From assembly GCA_964016885.1 (NCBI GenBank), contig OZ024741.1, forward strand, positions 282,038,001-282,102,000: 64,000 nucleotides of DNA, in the 5' to 3' direction. The notes beneath the pieces are model-generated. The model saw nothing but the letters and a program-made list of their open reading frames with translations. It had not been told where the DNA came from and searched no databases. The translations under genes were made by a program, and so were the position numbers. The first letter of the stretch is position 1; each line of letters starts with the position of its first letter. Source of the stretch: Eledone cirrhosa. Taxonomy: Eukaryota. Below, piece after piece: positions 1 through 13,560 of the stretch.

Positions 1-3000
1 ACCCGGCCCGAAAGTTCTCCCGAAGAGATTGGCTAGTTGGTTTTCGTCAATGCCTAGAGTCTCCCCAAGGACGTCATTGCTCTTTCCTTCCACTAATCCG
101 CTATAGAAAACCAAGGTGGAGTTTCCAGCGATTGTACTGCTCGACTGGTCAAGGGCTGCAAGCGCCTGAAGACATTCTAGTCTCCAAGCCCTTTCTCTCG
201 GTCTTCACTTGACCCAGGACTGCAGCTCCATCAAGGAGACAAGCTGGGAAAACATGTGTCTAGCAAAGGGCGACCACTCCTGATCACCATCGAGGAAGAG
301 GTGGAGATGCCGTAGCCTGAACGCATGTCTGCGCATCACCAGCCACGACATGCCTTGTCCTCCAAGTAGCGGGTGTTGACAGCAGAGGACCGCCTGACCA
401 TCGGAGCACATCCCTTCCACAAAAAGAAAAAGAGCAAACGCTCCAGTGCGGTTAGGCGAGGCTTAGGACAAGGCACGACGGTCAGGCAGTAGTAGATGAC
501 AGATGCGATGTACGCATTCGGCACCTCCGCTCGACCTTTCAGGGATAGCTTCCTCTCGGCCTATTTCTGAGTGAGAGAAAACACCTTGGTCGTGACCTCC
601 TTCCAATTTTTGTCCGTCTGGAGGTCCGGACCGAACCAGACCCCTAGCAATTTAACCGGTCCGTTCGTCCAGCGCCTGATGACGCTGTTAGAAGGCATGG
701 ACCTGCCTCTTCAGGTGCCGAGTTGCAGGCCTACTGATTTTTCCTGGTTGATCATTGCTCCTGTCACTACTTTGTATTCTCTTAGTGTGGGGCTGATCGC
801 CTCAATGTGTTTAGTGTTCGAGACCACTACGGTGATGTCATCTGCATAAGCTGACACTGTTCTTCCGCATCCTAGTTCACGTGGGATCCCCCTCAACATC
901 TCCAGTTTGTGCAGTAATGGCTCGAGAGTCAATACATACAACAAGGATGACAGAGGACATTCTTGGCAGATTGAGCGCATGATGTTGAACGGTTCCGAAA
1001 GGTGACCGTTCACTCTCACCACAGAGCAGATGTCGCTGTGCATGGCAGCAATCTAGCCTCTGAAGACAGAGCCGTGGCAGTCCGTCGAGGTAGGCACTGA
1101 AGTCCATTCCGCCATTGCCCCAGAATAGCTGAGCAAAGTGCTGCTGAAAAGTCGCACACATCTGCCCGGGATCATTCTGCTGCCAGTTGCAGTAGACGTC
1201 TGCCAAGAGGTCTTCGAACAAGTCTGGCATATGTATGTAAAATTCGTAGGGCAGACCATCCAACCAGGCGATTTATCCATTGTGCAGCTAGTCATTGCCT
1301 CCTGTACTTCAGCAGCTGTTATCGGCCTTTCACAACACTCCACCTCAGTGGCCGAGAGCCGCGGAAGTCCGTCGAGGTAGGCACTGAAGTCCATTCTGCG
1401 ATGCGGCCCGCCACTGCCCCCAAATAGCTGAACAAAGTGCTGCTGAAAAGCCACACACATCTGCCCGAGATTGAGTATCATGTGCCCGTCGTGGTTCACC
1501 AAAGACCGGATCGTGGCTTTGTTGCCATGACGCGCCTCCGCCACCCGGGCCCATTGAATTGCTTTTGTCCCCTCGTGTTTGAGTGCATGCACCCTAGCTC
1601 TGACAATGCAGCCTTCGTGCTTAGCGTTGAAAAATTGGTCAAGAGCCAATTTTGCCGCAAGCACGTCTGTCGTGATGCCTTTACTAAGAGCTTCGTCTAA
1701 TTTGTTAACTAGATTTCCTTCTGCTCTACTTTTTTTAGTTACTAGCGCTTTACTAAGCCTAATGGACTCTATTCTAATTGCTCTTTTCAGGGCAAACTAC
1801 TATTTGTTGTTGACGATGAACCCTGTCAACGCCCACTTAACTAATTTGCTAATCCGGTCTCTGTAAGCTTTGCGCGCTGTTAACGACGCATTTATTTTCC
1901 AGTAGCCAGGTCCCTGTCTATGAAGCCTATCTAAGTCAACCACCCAGATCACAAATTTCTGGTCCATGTAGCTGACTATCTTGAATTGTGGACAGCCTAT
2001 GCTAGACCTATCTATTTCCCTACAAAATACCCTATCTAGATATGATCTGGATGACTCGATGCGGTTTGTCCAAGTCCACATTGGCAAATTCAGGAAATCC
2101 AATTGGCCCCTGTCCGACAGTTGAAAACGCCTGAGTAGGTTTGTGAGGCTTTTACACCCTCTTCCTCTATCTGCTAATCCCACACAATCCCAGCGTGCAT
2201 CTAAGATCCCGTTCCAGTCGCCATCTAATACTAGAGAGCAGGACGTTCCAAGAAAGGTCTCCAGACGCCGGAAAAATTTAGGCCGTCCTGTTCCTGTTGG
2301 GGCATAGACGTCCACTAGCCGGAAACCTTGTCCTTTTCCGCTGGTCATGTCCAGTACCACCAACTTACCCTCTGGGTTCAAGAAGATGGCTCGTATCTCG
2401 AGATCCAGACTTCACCGGAACACGGCCACTCCCCCAACTGATCCGGGACGGCTTGGAGATGTGTACACCTCGTAGCCGCCGAAAATGGGTGCGATGGCCA
2501 CCACATCTATGTTTAGTGACCTGAGATCATTCAGCAGGTGGCCCTGCTTTCAAGTCGACCCAGGGCCACGTGCATTTATGCTACCTATTCTGAGAGAAGC
2601 CATGTTGGCTAGGATAGGAGGAAAACAAATGAGAGGGGTGAGGTACAAAAATTACCTGTGGCTCTTTTTTAGGAAGGGGGTGGGTGATCCATCCCTCCGA
2701 CTATTGGTGGGTTTCTCCACGAGAATATCCGTGAATATTCTTTTTGGTGATGTTCCCTCGGTAGTCTCCAACTGATGTGAGGAACATTTAAAAAAAAGTT
2801 ATGTAATTTTTTTGTGCGATTTCTATTATTTTTATGTGTGTGTGTGTGGGGGGGGGAGGCAATTTTGGTGGTTTGTACGTAGTTTGTTTCTGTGATGTTG
2901 GTGTGGTGTTGAATGTAATTTAAAAGCTTTGTGTTGTCTGTATCTATGGCTGTGTATTGTGTCTGCTGTTGGGGTGTTGGAGCTTTCTGTGTTTGCTGTG

Positions 3001-3278
3001 GTGTTGTTGGAGGTGACGATGGGGTAGGTGCTAAGGGTGGCGGTGGTGATGGTGTAGGTGGTTGTGGGGGTGTGGCTGTTGATGGTAGTGGAGGTGGTGG
3101 GCTAGTTTTCATTTTCTTTTTGTCTAGGGTTCTTTCCTATTCTTTTTTTGGGGGGGGTGGGATGTGGGTAGGAAGTTCTGCGGAGTGGCGCAATGGAGTG
3201 TGCTCTGGCTTCTTCTGGTGTAGCAAAGAGCACATGCACAGTGCCATATCTCGATCCCCGAGCTATGTATGTTTTGTA
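1..3278 (-). mobile_element. Decayed Tx1/L1-clade non-LTR retrotransposon (ORF1-like region + ORF2 APE/RT), running off the left edge
   Basis: ORF2 begins MASLRIGSINARG at 2603. APE motifs (VYAP, GDWN, TWTN..SYLDR) at 1800-2381; KSPG then DGLPYEFY across a frameshift; RT ICQECPLS and SAYADD at 711-1043. Many frameshifts and a local rearrangement near 1050-1260. Pro/Thr-rich ORF1-like region at 2669-3270. Confidence 0.88.
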
Positions 3279-4084
3279 CAGTGCATGGATCCGCTTAAGA
3301 GTATATCGGATAAGATTATAGTTCGCATAAGAGTATAGCATAATCAATTCCCGTTTATATATTTTCTATATAATTTAGTCCGAATAAGAGTATAATGAAT
3401 ACGGTAAAGTAAATTGGGCTTATAATGTAACATAACCATTTTAAAACAATTCAAAATGAAATGCGATGATGTCAGTTATACAACCATTCTAAAAGCAATT
3501 TAAAGTTTAATATATGCAAATACATTTTGTCATAAAAATGTCTTTGAAACGCTCTGCTTTACCCATTACTCAAAGGTTAGTATGTATTATTTTTATATTT
3601 ATAATATGAATGTGCATAGGTACCTAATATAACTTTAATCATTTATCAATATTTTAGATCTCTGGAAAAGAAGGAATAAATGCTTTGTTGACTGTACGGT
3701 CCTATATGATGCAATCGTTTGAAAATTTTGAAAATTATACTCTGTCTGAGATCGAAGGAAATGATTGAAAAAAAATTGGGAGCAATCGAGTGCAAAAAAG
3801 CATTTTGGACTATTTTTAGGAAATAAAAATTGCATACCAATATGTTGAAATATTGCTTAATTTATCTATAATTTGCAATAATTCTTGTTGAATTTTTTGG
3901 TGTAACTTTCATTTTTTAAACTTATAAATGCATTTTAAACGATATTAAAGCGATTTTTAATCATTGAAAGACTCAAAATAATAATACTATGGAATATTTT
4001 TACTTAGTCCGGATAAGAGTATAGTTCGGTTAAGAGTATACTATTTTCCATTCCCGAGGGTATAGTCTTAAGCGGACTCGACTG
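3279..4084. mobile_element. Tc1/mariner (Tigger-like) MITE
   Basis: TA-flanked imperfect TIRs (TA-CAGT..GGATCCGCTTAAGA / TCTTAAGCGGACTCGACTG-TA), subterminal repeats of (C)GGATAAGAGTATAG, AT-rich non-coding interior. Confidence 0.6.
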
Positions 4085-4174
4085 TATATAGAACTTTCGA
4101 TAACTCATAAAAATTCAACTAACTTACTCCGCCATAGTTACCACCATCTCATAATAATAACAAAAAATATAATA

Positions 4175-4365
4175 ATAATTGTTTCTACTTTTGGCACAAG
4201 GCCAGCAATTACCCAGTGCATTACTGGTACTTTATTTTATCGACCCCGTAAAGATGAAAGACAAAGTTAACCTCGGCAGGATTTGAACTCAGAATGGCAA
4301 GGGCCATAACTCTATGCGTCAAAGCATGGCATCATACCCTCTACCGATACTGCCAATCCACCAAT
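4175..4365 (-). mobile_element. tRNA-derived SINE (Nin/Deu-like central domain)
   Basis: Reverse complement gives TGGATTGGCAGTATCGGTAG (A box), GAGTTCAAATCC (B box) and CTTTCATC..GGGGTCGATAAAATAAAGTACCAG; same family as 26444-27040. Confidence 0.8.
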
Positions 4366-4369
4366 AATT

Positions 4370-5150
4370 GCACTCTTGTGGCAAAGGAGCAATCCGGCAT
4401 GATCTTTTTTCTTTGTCAAAGACCACCAGGTCAGGCCTATTGTGTTCTAATTTCTTGTCTGTCTGTATCCTGAAATCCCATAGCACCTTTACTTGATTGA
4501 TTGTTTCTTTCACCGATTCTGGCTTATGCTCATATCACTTCTCAGAATGGGATAAATTATCTAGTTTGCATAAATGACAGTGAATTACCTTTCCTATTAC
4601 ATCGAGCCTCCAGCCTTTATAGTGAGTCTGGCTGGAGGCATGATATAATAGGAAAGGTGATTTATGCAAACTAAATCATTTACCACATTCTGAGAATTGG
4701 TATGAGCATAAGCCAGAGTTGGTGATAGGAAAAAATGATCAAGTAAAGGTGCTATGGGATTTCAGGATACAGACAGACAAGAAATTAGAACACAATAGGC
4801 CTGACCTGGTGGTTTTTGACAATGAAAAAAGGAGAAGGAGAAAATTAACTGATACCAGAATTTAAAGTGGGAATTAAAAAGGATTTGGGACTGTCATGAG
4901 ATCATGGTTGTCCCGATTGTCATAGGAGCGTTAGGTACTATCTCGAAAAGTTTTCAAGGATGGTTAAAGGACATTAGTCTAGCCTCCTTTTTTGGAACAC
5001 TTCAAAAGGCATGCTTGCTGCAAACAGCCAGAACCCTCCAATACGTCCTGAATATCTGAGGCTGCAGGTAGTGGCTTAATGTTCATTTGAACAAACTTTC
5101 CAGTTAAATAACATCAATGACTGAGTCTCCAAGAATAATAATAATAATAA
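4370..5150. mobile_element. 3' fragments of an RLE-type (R4/Dong/NeSL-like) non-LTR retrotransposon, two inverted pieces
   Basis: VKVLWDFRIQTDKKLEHNRPDLVVFD on - (about 4400-4500) and again on + (about 4740-4825). The + copy continues VVPIVIGALGTI..LQKACLLQTARTL and ends in (AAT)n near 5134. Confidence 0.75.
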
Positions 5151-5195
5151 TAATGGTAACAACAACAACAATAACTACAATGACTATAATAACTA

Positions 5196-7780
5196 CAATA
5201 ATAATAATAATGCTTTCTTTATTAACCGCAAGGGTTGATACAAAGTATAACATTTAGGACAACACAGGACAATACAAATGGACATTTCTGCATGTAAAAA
5301 AAACAAAAAAAACAGAGTGTGACAAAAGGAAACAATGAAAATTTCCCAATAGGAGGGAGACCTCCGAGGGTTGCTCGTGGAGAAAGCCCACAAAAAAGCC
5401 ACGGTTACCCTGACCGCTAGGGCAAATGCCCTCTTCCAGTTTTCCTTCTACAATGCTACAGGCACACGCTCAGGGTAGACCAATTCACCTGGGCCATGAT
5501 TGCCTCTCTCACCCACCTTTCAACAAACTGGCTGGAGGTCAGCACTTCCCTCTCCACCCTGAATTTTTCTCTTCAGGTGAAACCTGAAAAAGTTAATGAG
5601 GGCGTCACCGAAGAGGAAAGTACCGGTTTTCAACCCTTTCAGACGTGTCCACCATACAATCTCTTTTACCATAGCCACCAGGCAGATAAAAACTGCCTGT
5701 CCTTCTCGGCTAAAGGAAGGCGGTGGGGCAATTTTCACGATGGACTCAGCTGATAGCCGGATCCGTTCTACACGTGTCAGCAGGTGTTTGGCATAAACCC
5801 ACAAGTCAGCAATGCTCGGACACTGGACGAGTGTGTGCAGGATGGTTTCATCGCCCTGTGTGCATCTCGGACAGGACTGGCTGACGGCACTTCCATGCCT
5901 GTAGAGTCTATCCTGAACTGGCAAGGCTTCTCGGTAGCACTGCCAGGCCAGGAATTTCTGGAAGTTGCCCATGAGCCCAGCCCGAAAGTTCTCCCAAAGA
6001 GATTGGCTAGTTGGTTTTCGTCGATGCCTAGAGTCTCCCCAAGGATGTCATTGCTCTTTCCTTCCACTAATCCTCTATAGAAAGCCAAGGTGGAGTTTCC
6101 AGCGATTGTATTGCTTGACTGGTCAAGGGCTGTAAGCACCTGAAGACATTCGAGTCTCCAAGCGCTTCCTCTCGGTCTTTGCTTGACCCAGGACTGCAGC
6201 TCCGCCAAGGAGACAAGCTGGGGAAACATGTGTCTAGCAAAGGGCGACCACACCTGATCACTGTCGAGGAAGAGGTGGAGATGCCGTAGCCTGAGCGCAT
6301 GTCTGCACATCATCAGCCACGACATGCCCAGCCCTCCACGTAGCGGGTGTTGACACGGCCATCGGAGCTCATCCCTTCCGCAAAAAGCGAAAGAGTAAAT
6401 GCTCCAGTGCAGTTAGGCGGTAGTAGATGACGGACGCGATGTACGCATTCGCCACCTTTCAGGGATAGCTTCCTCTCGGCCCATTTCTGGGTGAGAGAAA
6501 ACACCTTGCTCATGACCTCCTCCCAGTTTTTATCCATCTAGAGGTCCGGACCGAACCAGACCCCTAGCAATTTAACCGGTCCGTTCGTCCAGTGCCCGAC
6601 GACGCTGTTGGACGGCATGGACCTGCCTCTCATGGTGCCGAGTTGCAGGCTTACTGATTTTTCCTGGTTGATCATTGCTCCTGTCACTACCTCGTATTCT
6701 CTTAGTGTGGTGCTGATCGCCTCGATGTGTTTAGTGTTCAACACCACTATGGTGATGTCGTCTGCATATACTGACATGGTTCTTCCGCATCCTAGTTCAC
6801 ATGGGATCCCCTTCAACGTCTCCAGTTTGTGCAGTAATGGCTCGAGAGTCAATACATACAACAAGGACGAGAGAGGACATCCCTGGCAGATCGAGCACAT
6901 GATGTTGAACGGTTCCGAAAGGTGACGGACAGGACCGGCTGACGGCACTTCCATGCCTGTAGAGTCTATCCTGAACTGGCAAGGCTTCTCGGTAGCACTG
7001 CCAGGCCAGGGATTTCTGGAAGTTGCCAGGTTCCCTAGCTACTCTCTCTACGATGTATCGCATGAGGTGGAGGTTGTCGTGGATGGAATTGTCTGAAATG
7101 GCGCATGTTTGCACCTCTCACACCAGACCACCAACGACAAGCGCCAACTTCTTTGTTAGCAGCTTAGCCAAAATCTTGAAGTCTGTGTTTAGCAGAGTTA
7201 TGGGCCTGAAATTTTCTATGATATCCCCCTTGTTCGGATCTTTTCTCAGCAGCGCCACCGCTCCTTGGAATTCTCCCGTTCTGCTACCAAGAGGTCTTCG
7301 AACAAGTCTGGCATATGTATGTAAAATTCGTAGGGCAGACCATCCAACCAGGCGATTTATCCATTGTGCAGCTAGTCATTGCCTCCCGTACTTCAGCAGC
7401 TGTTATCGGCCTTTTGCAACATTCCACCTCAGTGGCCGAGAGCCGCGGAAGTCCGTCGAGGTAGGCACTGAAGTCCATTCTGCGATGCGGCCCGCCACTG
7501 CCCCCAAATAGCTGAGCAAAGTGCTGCTGAAAAGCCACACACATCTGCTCAGGATCAAGTATCATGTGCCCGTCATGGTTCGCCAAAGACCGGATCGTGG
7601 CTTTGTTGCCATGACGCGCTTCCGCCACCCGGGCCCATTGAATGGCTTTTGTCCCCTCGTGTCTGAGAGCACGCACCCTAGCTCTGACAACACAGCCTTC
7701 GTGCTTAGCATTGAAAAATTGGTCGAGAGCCAATATCGCTGCAAGCATGTCGGTCGCGATGCCTTTACTAAGCGCCTCGT
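5196..7780 (-). mobile_element. Second, 5'-truncated Tx1-like LINE copy with 3' end
   Basis: Highly similar to 1-1700. RT QGCPLS/YADD at 6538-6954; C-terminal CPRC..ETILHTLVQC knuckle at 5520-5972; AATAAA plus (ATT)n tail near 5200-5225; internal duplication (6926-7028 copies about 5870-5968). Confidence 0.88.
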
Positions 7781-10367
7781 ATAATAATGGTTTCTGATTT
7801 AGGCACAAAGTCAGCAATTTGTGAGGAAGGGAAAGTCATTTTACTGGTATTTTATTTTATCAACTGCAGAAGGATGAAAGACAAAGTTGATCTTGGTGGG
7901 ATTTGGACTCAGAACTGACTATAGTTCAAGATAAATATTTGATTCGGGAATTTTATGAGCTTATACTGACAAAAGTCGATCTCAGCAAACTAATATCAAT
8001 TACATTTTGGATTAAAACAATAGAGAGTATTGTAGGAAAAGTCCAAAGTATCATCAACATTTAACCTCTATTTTCCACTCTTACATGGGTTAGGCAGGTT
8101 GTCATTTTAGGAGGATAGACAGGTCAGGTGATCATGTCTTGCTCATATGTTCCATTTTGGACTTGGCTATCTATGGGCTGAATGCCCTTCCTAACATCAG
8201 CAACTTTACAGCATGTGCCGGAAGTTGTTCGTAGCATAAGCACTACCATTTTACAGGGTGGACAGGCTGCGTTTGTTAGGAAGTTTGCTTTGCAACCATG
8301 TTGTTATGGGTTCAGTCCCACTGTGTAGTAGCTTGGGTTAGTGCCTGCTTCTATAACCTCAGGCTGACTAATGTCATGTGAGTGAAAATTGGTGGACAGA
8401 AAGAGCAGAAGTTCATCATATATATATATTTATATATCATCATCATCATTTTTACATCCATTTTCCACATGTATGTGTGTGTGTGTCCATGTTAATGTCC
8501 CGTAAATTAGTGGTTTAACAAAAACAACAACAACAAATCTATAAAATATGTACCATACTTGAAAAAATAAGCACTGGGGCCAATACAGCTGACTATACTT
8601 CTTTAAGTCAGTGTCCCAAAATGGCCACAGTCTAATGACTGAAACCAGTAAAAGAATATAAGAATATATAATGAAAAGATATTAAAATATAAACCATCCA
8701 TATTTAAAGAAAAGGGAAGGAAATGTGCATCGAAAAACTTGAGAAACGAGAATGGACAAAAATTGAAAAGTTGAAAAAAAATTCCCTAACCCTTTTGTTA
8801 CCTTATTTCTAATGAAATACACTGCCTATAATTTTCAAATAATTTTGAAAATAATCAAGAATTTGAAGGGATTTAGGAAAAAGAACTAAATTTCTCATTA
8901 AGCTGGTGTTTATAACATAAAAGTTCTTTCATAAAATTATGACAGAAAGTTTTTAAATAAATAAAACTTTAAAAGAATAAAACTTTAAAAGAATAAACTC
9001 ATTAATTAATCAAAATACATTAGAAATATGGTGATGAATGTGTTGAAATTATAAAATCTTAAATAAAACTTTAAAAGAAGCAATTTTATATGTAGAATTG
9101 AAGGTAGGTTCATGTTATTTGATATTAAAAGAATTAAACCATGGTAAAGAAATGAACTGGCATTAGGGCCATTAATTCTTTTGATACCCTCCCACTCATT
9201 GCCACCTCTGGTTCTACAAGACAAAATCACTAATTTTAAAGGGTTCTTGTTTAAATTAAAACTTCCCTACAAAGTATTACATGAGAACCTTTTGTTAAGC
9301 ACAGGAAAACATGTGTCTGTTTATTATAATAACATTTTCAATTAAATAGGAACCCATTAAAATGGTTGGTTTTACTTCATAGAAACAAAGGCAGTTTTGA
9401 ATGGGTTGGTATCAAAAGGCACAATAAAGAAATAATTAATAATTTTAATAGATGTCTCCAAATTCTTCATTAATTAATCAAAATACATTAGAAATATGGT
9501 GATGAATGTGTTGAAATTATAAAATCTTAGAACTTAGAGCAAAAATATAGATTATTGATTTTTGTTGCAAGCAGGGAAGAGCGGTCGTAAAATGATGATG
9601 ATGATGATGATGATGACCCCTTTGATATCAACCCACCTGAAACTACCCTTGATTTATGATACAAAATTGTTCATTTTAAAATGTTTATCCTTATATTAAA
9701 ACCTTCCATTATGATTTTATTTTAGAACATGTAGCAAGAAAATGTAGCAATATATAAGCAGCATCATTAACAAAGTCTATGATTTTTACATCCACTTTTC
9801 CATGTCTGCATGGGTCTTTTCCAGCACATCATCTCTCAACTCATTGCATTCTCTCATAATCTGCTTTGTGAGTTTTGGAGACTTGAGATAAACTCTTACC
9901 ACCGCTAGCTAGATCATCCTTGGTCTTCCTCTACTGTCAGGGCAATAATAGAAGTAAGCAACAAAAGAGCAAATTAAAGAGAGTATTGTTTAGCTCTAGG
10001 CAGTGGTTTAGCTGAAGGTGCATGGGGATAAAGATGCACCCCCAAAAAATTTTTGTAGACAAATTTTGTCATTTTTGTTGGAAAATTATAAACATCTGCC
10101 CCCCCCCCCCCCAATAATAGGAGCAATAAACTTGTGGCCTCAGGTCAATCCTGATTGATTAGATGTATGAGTCAAGGTTTTCAAGCCAAGACTATCCCAT
10201 CATTTATGGGATATCAGGAAATATAATGTGTCCTTTCCTTATCTAAGATGGTAGGTTGCAATTTCAGGTAAATTTGATTGCTAATCTTAGCAGGTCAAGT
10301 GACTCCTACCAACTCAACACAAAAAAGACGGTCATTAGCTAGAAATGTAACAAAATGATAAGATTAA

Positions 10368-10861
10368 CCCTTTAATTACCATATTTTGATGAAAAAACAC
10401 TGCCTATGATTTTCAAATAGCTTTGAAAATATTGAAAAATTTGAAGGGATCTAATAAAATAATTAATTTTCTGATTATTGTGCTGGTGTAGGGCAGTAGA
10501 TTGGCAGTATTGGTAGGGGGTTGGACAACAATCTTTGTAGCATATAGTTATGGCCCTTTACATTCTGAGTTCAAATCCTGCAGCGGTTAGATTTGCCTTT
10601 CATCCTTGAGGTCAATAAAATAAAGTACCAGTAATGCATTGGGGTCAATTTAATCAACTTTTCCGTCCCCCAAAATTGTTAGCTTTGTGTCTAAATCAGA
10701 AACTAATATTAAGCTGGTGTTTGGTGTATATCTTAAAGGTTCTTACATAAAATTATGATGGAAGGTTTTTAAATCAACATAAACACTTTAAAACAAACAG
10801 TTTTGTATTCTAGAACCAGAGGCATTTTCACAGAGGTTGGGGGGGGGGGGTACCAAAAGAG
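10368..10861. mobile_element. piggyBac-like MITE with a nested SINE (about 10495-10710)
   Basis: TTAA-CCCTTT..TACC and GGTACCAAAAGAG-TTAA ends; related degenerate copies near 8790-9420. Confidence 0.5.
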
Positions 10862-11519
10862 TTAAATGGAGTTTCACATGCCATGAATGTTTTGTTTGGA
10901 TAGGTTATCATGAACTATTCAACAAACTTTGAAATCACCAACTAGTCCTAATTATCACCCCTACCACCACCATCACTGTCACCACTCCTACCCACACAGT
11001 CACCACCACTACATACATTTGTAGATTACCTTCCATGCTATAATCAGCTTCAAAGATAAGAATTATCTGTAATTCCCAAGCAGCGACAAACACTTGCTAA
11101 CGTTGATAGATAATTTAACAGTTTGGTAGATAATTTAGCCTATCCTGTTTCCTAACTCCCTTTTCTACATACACCAAGCCACAAAAATTAGCATTCCTCA
11201 GCAAATGTTAATACCATTTCAGGAGTCCATCCATTACAGTGTAACCAATAACTAAAAAATACTAAGGATTCTAATGAGACAAAAGTAGAGTACAGCAATA
11301 ATATAATCTCAATTATGTCCCTAATTTCTAAGAGTTGATATTTACAGCTGGTAGTAAACAAGTTAGGGGTGATTGGTTTATACATAAATTAATTACCCCA
11401 TATAAAAGGGTATGGATTTCCCTACACATAGTGAGAAAATATGCCATTTGCTAATAATTAATTTTATCCTATAGTGGCCTGGGCTGGCTGACAATTGACC
11501 CTTAAATCTTGACAGCCTC

Positions 11520-12180
11520 TCTCTATTACTGGTGTCATGATAAAATGCACCTGGTATACTCTGTAAAGTAGTAGTACTGGTTCCACAATAAAATACACCC
11601 AGTACACTCTGCAAAGTAGTTAACAATATACAATAAACAGGAATATTCAGTCTGGCCAAACACAACGCCTTCTCTAGTGTTGATGACAGTACATTCTAGA
11701 AAGTGGTAGTACCGATGCTACAATAAAATGCACCCAGTACTCTCTGTAAAGAGGTAGTACTGATGCCATAATAAAATACACCCAGTACACTCTGTAAAAT
11801 GGTTGTGGTAGTGCCACAATAAAATATACCCACTACACTCTGTTAAGTGGTTGTGCCACAATAAAATTTACCCAGTACACTCAGAAATGTGGTTGTGGTG
11901 GAGTCACAATTAAGTACACTCTGTAAAGTGATAGTGCTGGTGCCATGATAAAATGTATCCAGTACATGCTGTAAAGCGTTAATGCTGGAGACACGATAAA
12001 ATGCATCCAGTACATGCTGTAAAGCGGTTGACATTAGAAACGGCATCCAGCTGTAGAATCCTAGCCAAAATATAGAATGTATGAGCAAAATATGATTAGC
12101 TAAGCATGTCTTGTCTCACACCACGATGACTCATCCAATCCATGCCAACATGGAAAAACGGACATAATATGATGATGATA
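11520..12180 (+). repeat. Degenerate ~45-55 bp tandem array running into an RTE-type 3' tail
   Basis: Recurrent CAATAAAATACACCCAGTACACTCTGTAAAGTGG units, ending in GGCATCCAGCTGTAGAA...CATGGAAAAACGGAC...(GAT)n. Confidence 0.7.
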
Positions 12181-12589
12181 AAGAATGATCAGATGCTGCT
12201 AAGAATATAAAAAAAACGCTAATATAAAAATATTTCCAACAGCCCTTTACATTCTGTGTTCAAATCTCGCTGATGTTAGCTCTGGCTTTCATTCTTTTAA
12301 GGTCAATAAAATAAAGTACCAGTCAAATACTGGGGGTCAATATAATCAGATGTTCTTCTACAACCAAATTTATAGACTTTGTCTATGATATAAGCTGTTA
12401 TTAAAGAATTTCCATAATGGTAGTAAGATATCAGAATCATCAGAGCTCCACACAAAATACTTTCAGTTCAAGATCTGCTGCAGTAAACTCCATTGTTTTA
12501 TCTTTCCAAATTTGATGAAGATACATACCAGTAAAGCGCAGGGATTGAGTGATGAGATTGCTACTAAAGTCTAAAGCCTATCTCAAGCC

Positions 12590-12852
12590 CAGAGGCTCAT
12601 CAGGTTGGTACTTATCCCAGTTTTGGTGGCGTTAAGCAACTGAGAGTACATAAGTCCTCCCTGGACAAGACACCAGTCCATCACAGGGTTAAACCCCCAC
12701 CTATTGCTGGTACTCATTTTCAACTGAGTATACTGGAGCAATGTGAAATGAAGTGTTTTGCTCAAGAACACAACACACAACCCAGTTCAGGAATTGAACC
12801 CATGACATTATGATCATAAGTCCAACACCCTTACCACCAGGCCAAGCACACA
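12590..12852 (-). mobile_element. tRNA-headed SINE, second family
   Basis: Minus strand TGGCCTGGTGGTAAGG (A box) and GGTTCAATTCC (B box), then GTGTTCTTGAGCAAAACACTT..ATTGCTCCAG. Confidence 0.7.
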
Positions 12853-13023
12853 CGTCCAAATAATTGCCATACGTGAAATCTTTATTAACTCTTAACATTC
12901 TGTAAATGACTTAGCAGGAAATATCTAAAACTGTTTTTGTTAATTCAAATGTTTATAGTATTTTTAACTAATCGATAAATTGGTGTGAAAATTTGCATTA
13001 TTTTTTTATGTGATGCAATCATA

Positions 13024-13560
13024 GTGGTGTTTTGTTATTGTCGTTTCATGAGGTACACAAACTGAAGGATCCTCCTAACCACTTGTTTGGTAAGCTTTCT
13101 ACAGTTGGATGCCCTTCCTAACACCAACCACTTTTCAGTGTGTACTGGTGGTGTTTTGTTATTGTCGTTTCATGAGGTATACAAACTGAAGGATCCTCCT
13201 AACCACTTGTTTGGTAAGCTTTCTACAGTTGGATGCCCTTCCTAACACCAACCACTTTTCAGTGTGTACTGGATGCTTTTATAGTATAGATCACCAGCAC
13301 TAGGGAGGGTGTTATGCCATTGACATAACTAAAGGATCCTCCCAACCCCTTGTTTGGCAAGCTTTCTATGGCTTGATGCCCTTCCTATCACCAACCACTT
13401 TACAGTGTGTACTGGGTGTGCTTATTGTGTAGATCACCAACACAGCTGAAGGGTTCTCCCAACCCTTTTAAGCATGGATTCTACATCGAGGTGCCCTTCC
13501 TATCACCAACCACCCATATGGAGTGTACTGGTTGCATTTTTGTGACACCATCACTAGAGA
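13024..13560 (-). repeat. Tandem ~120 bp repeats containing the RTE 3' motif
   Basis: Near-identical direct duplication starting 13024 and 13148, then diverged units; each contains GATGCCCTTCCTAACACCAACC or a close variant. Confidence 0.7.

Noticed and set aside
11025-11260. Possible small minus-strand exons
   Set aside because: Plausible splice signals but no recognisable protein similarity; unsupported without transcripts.
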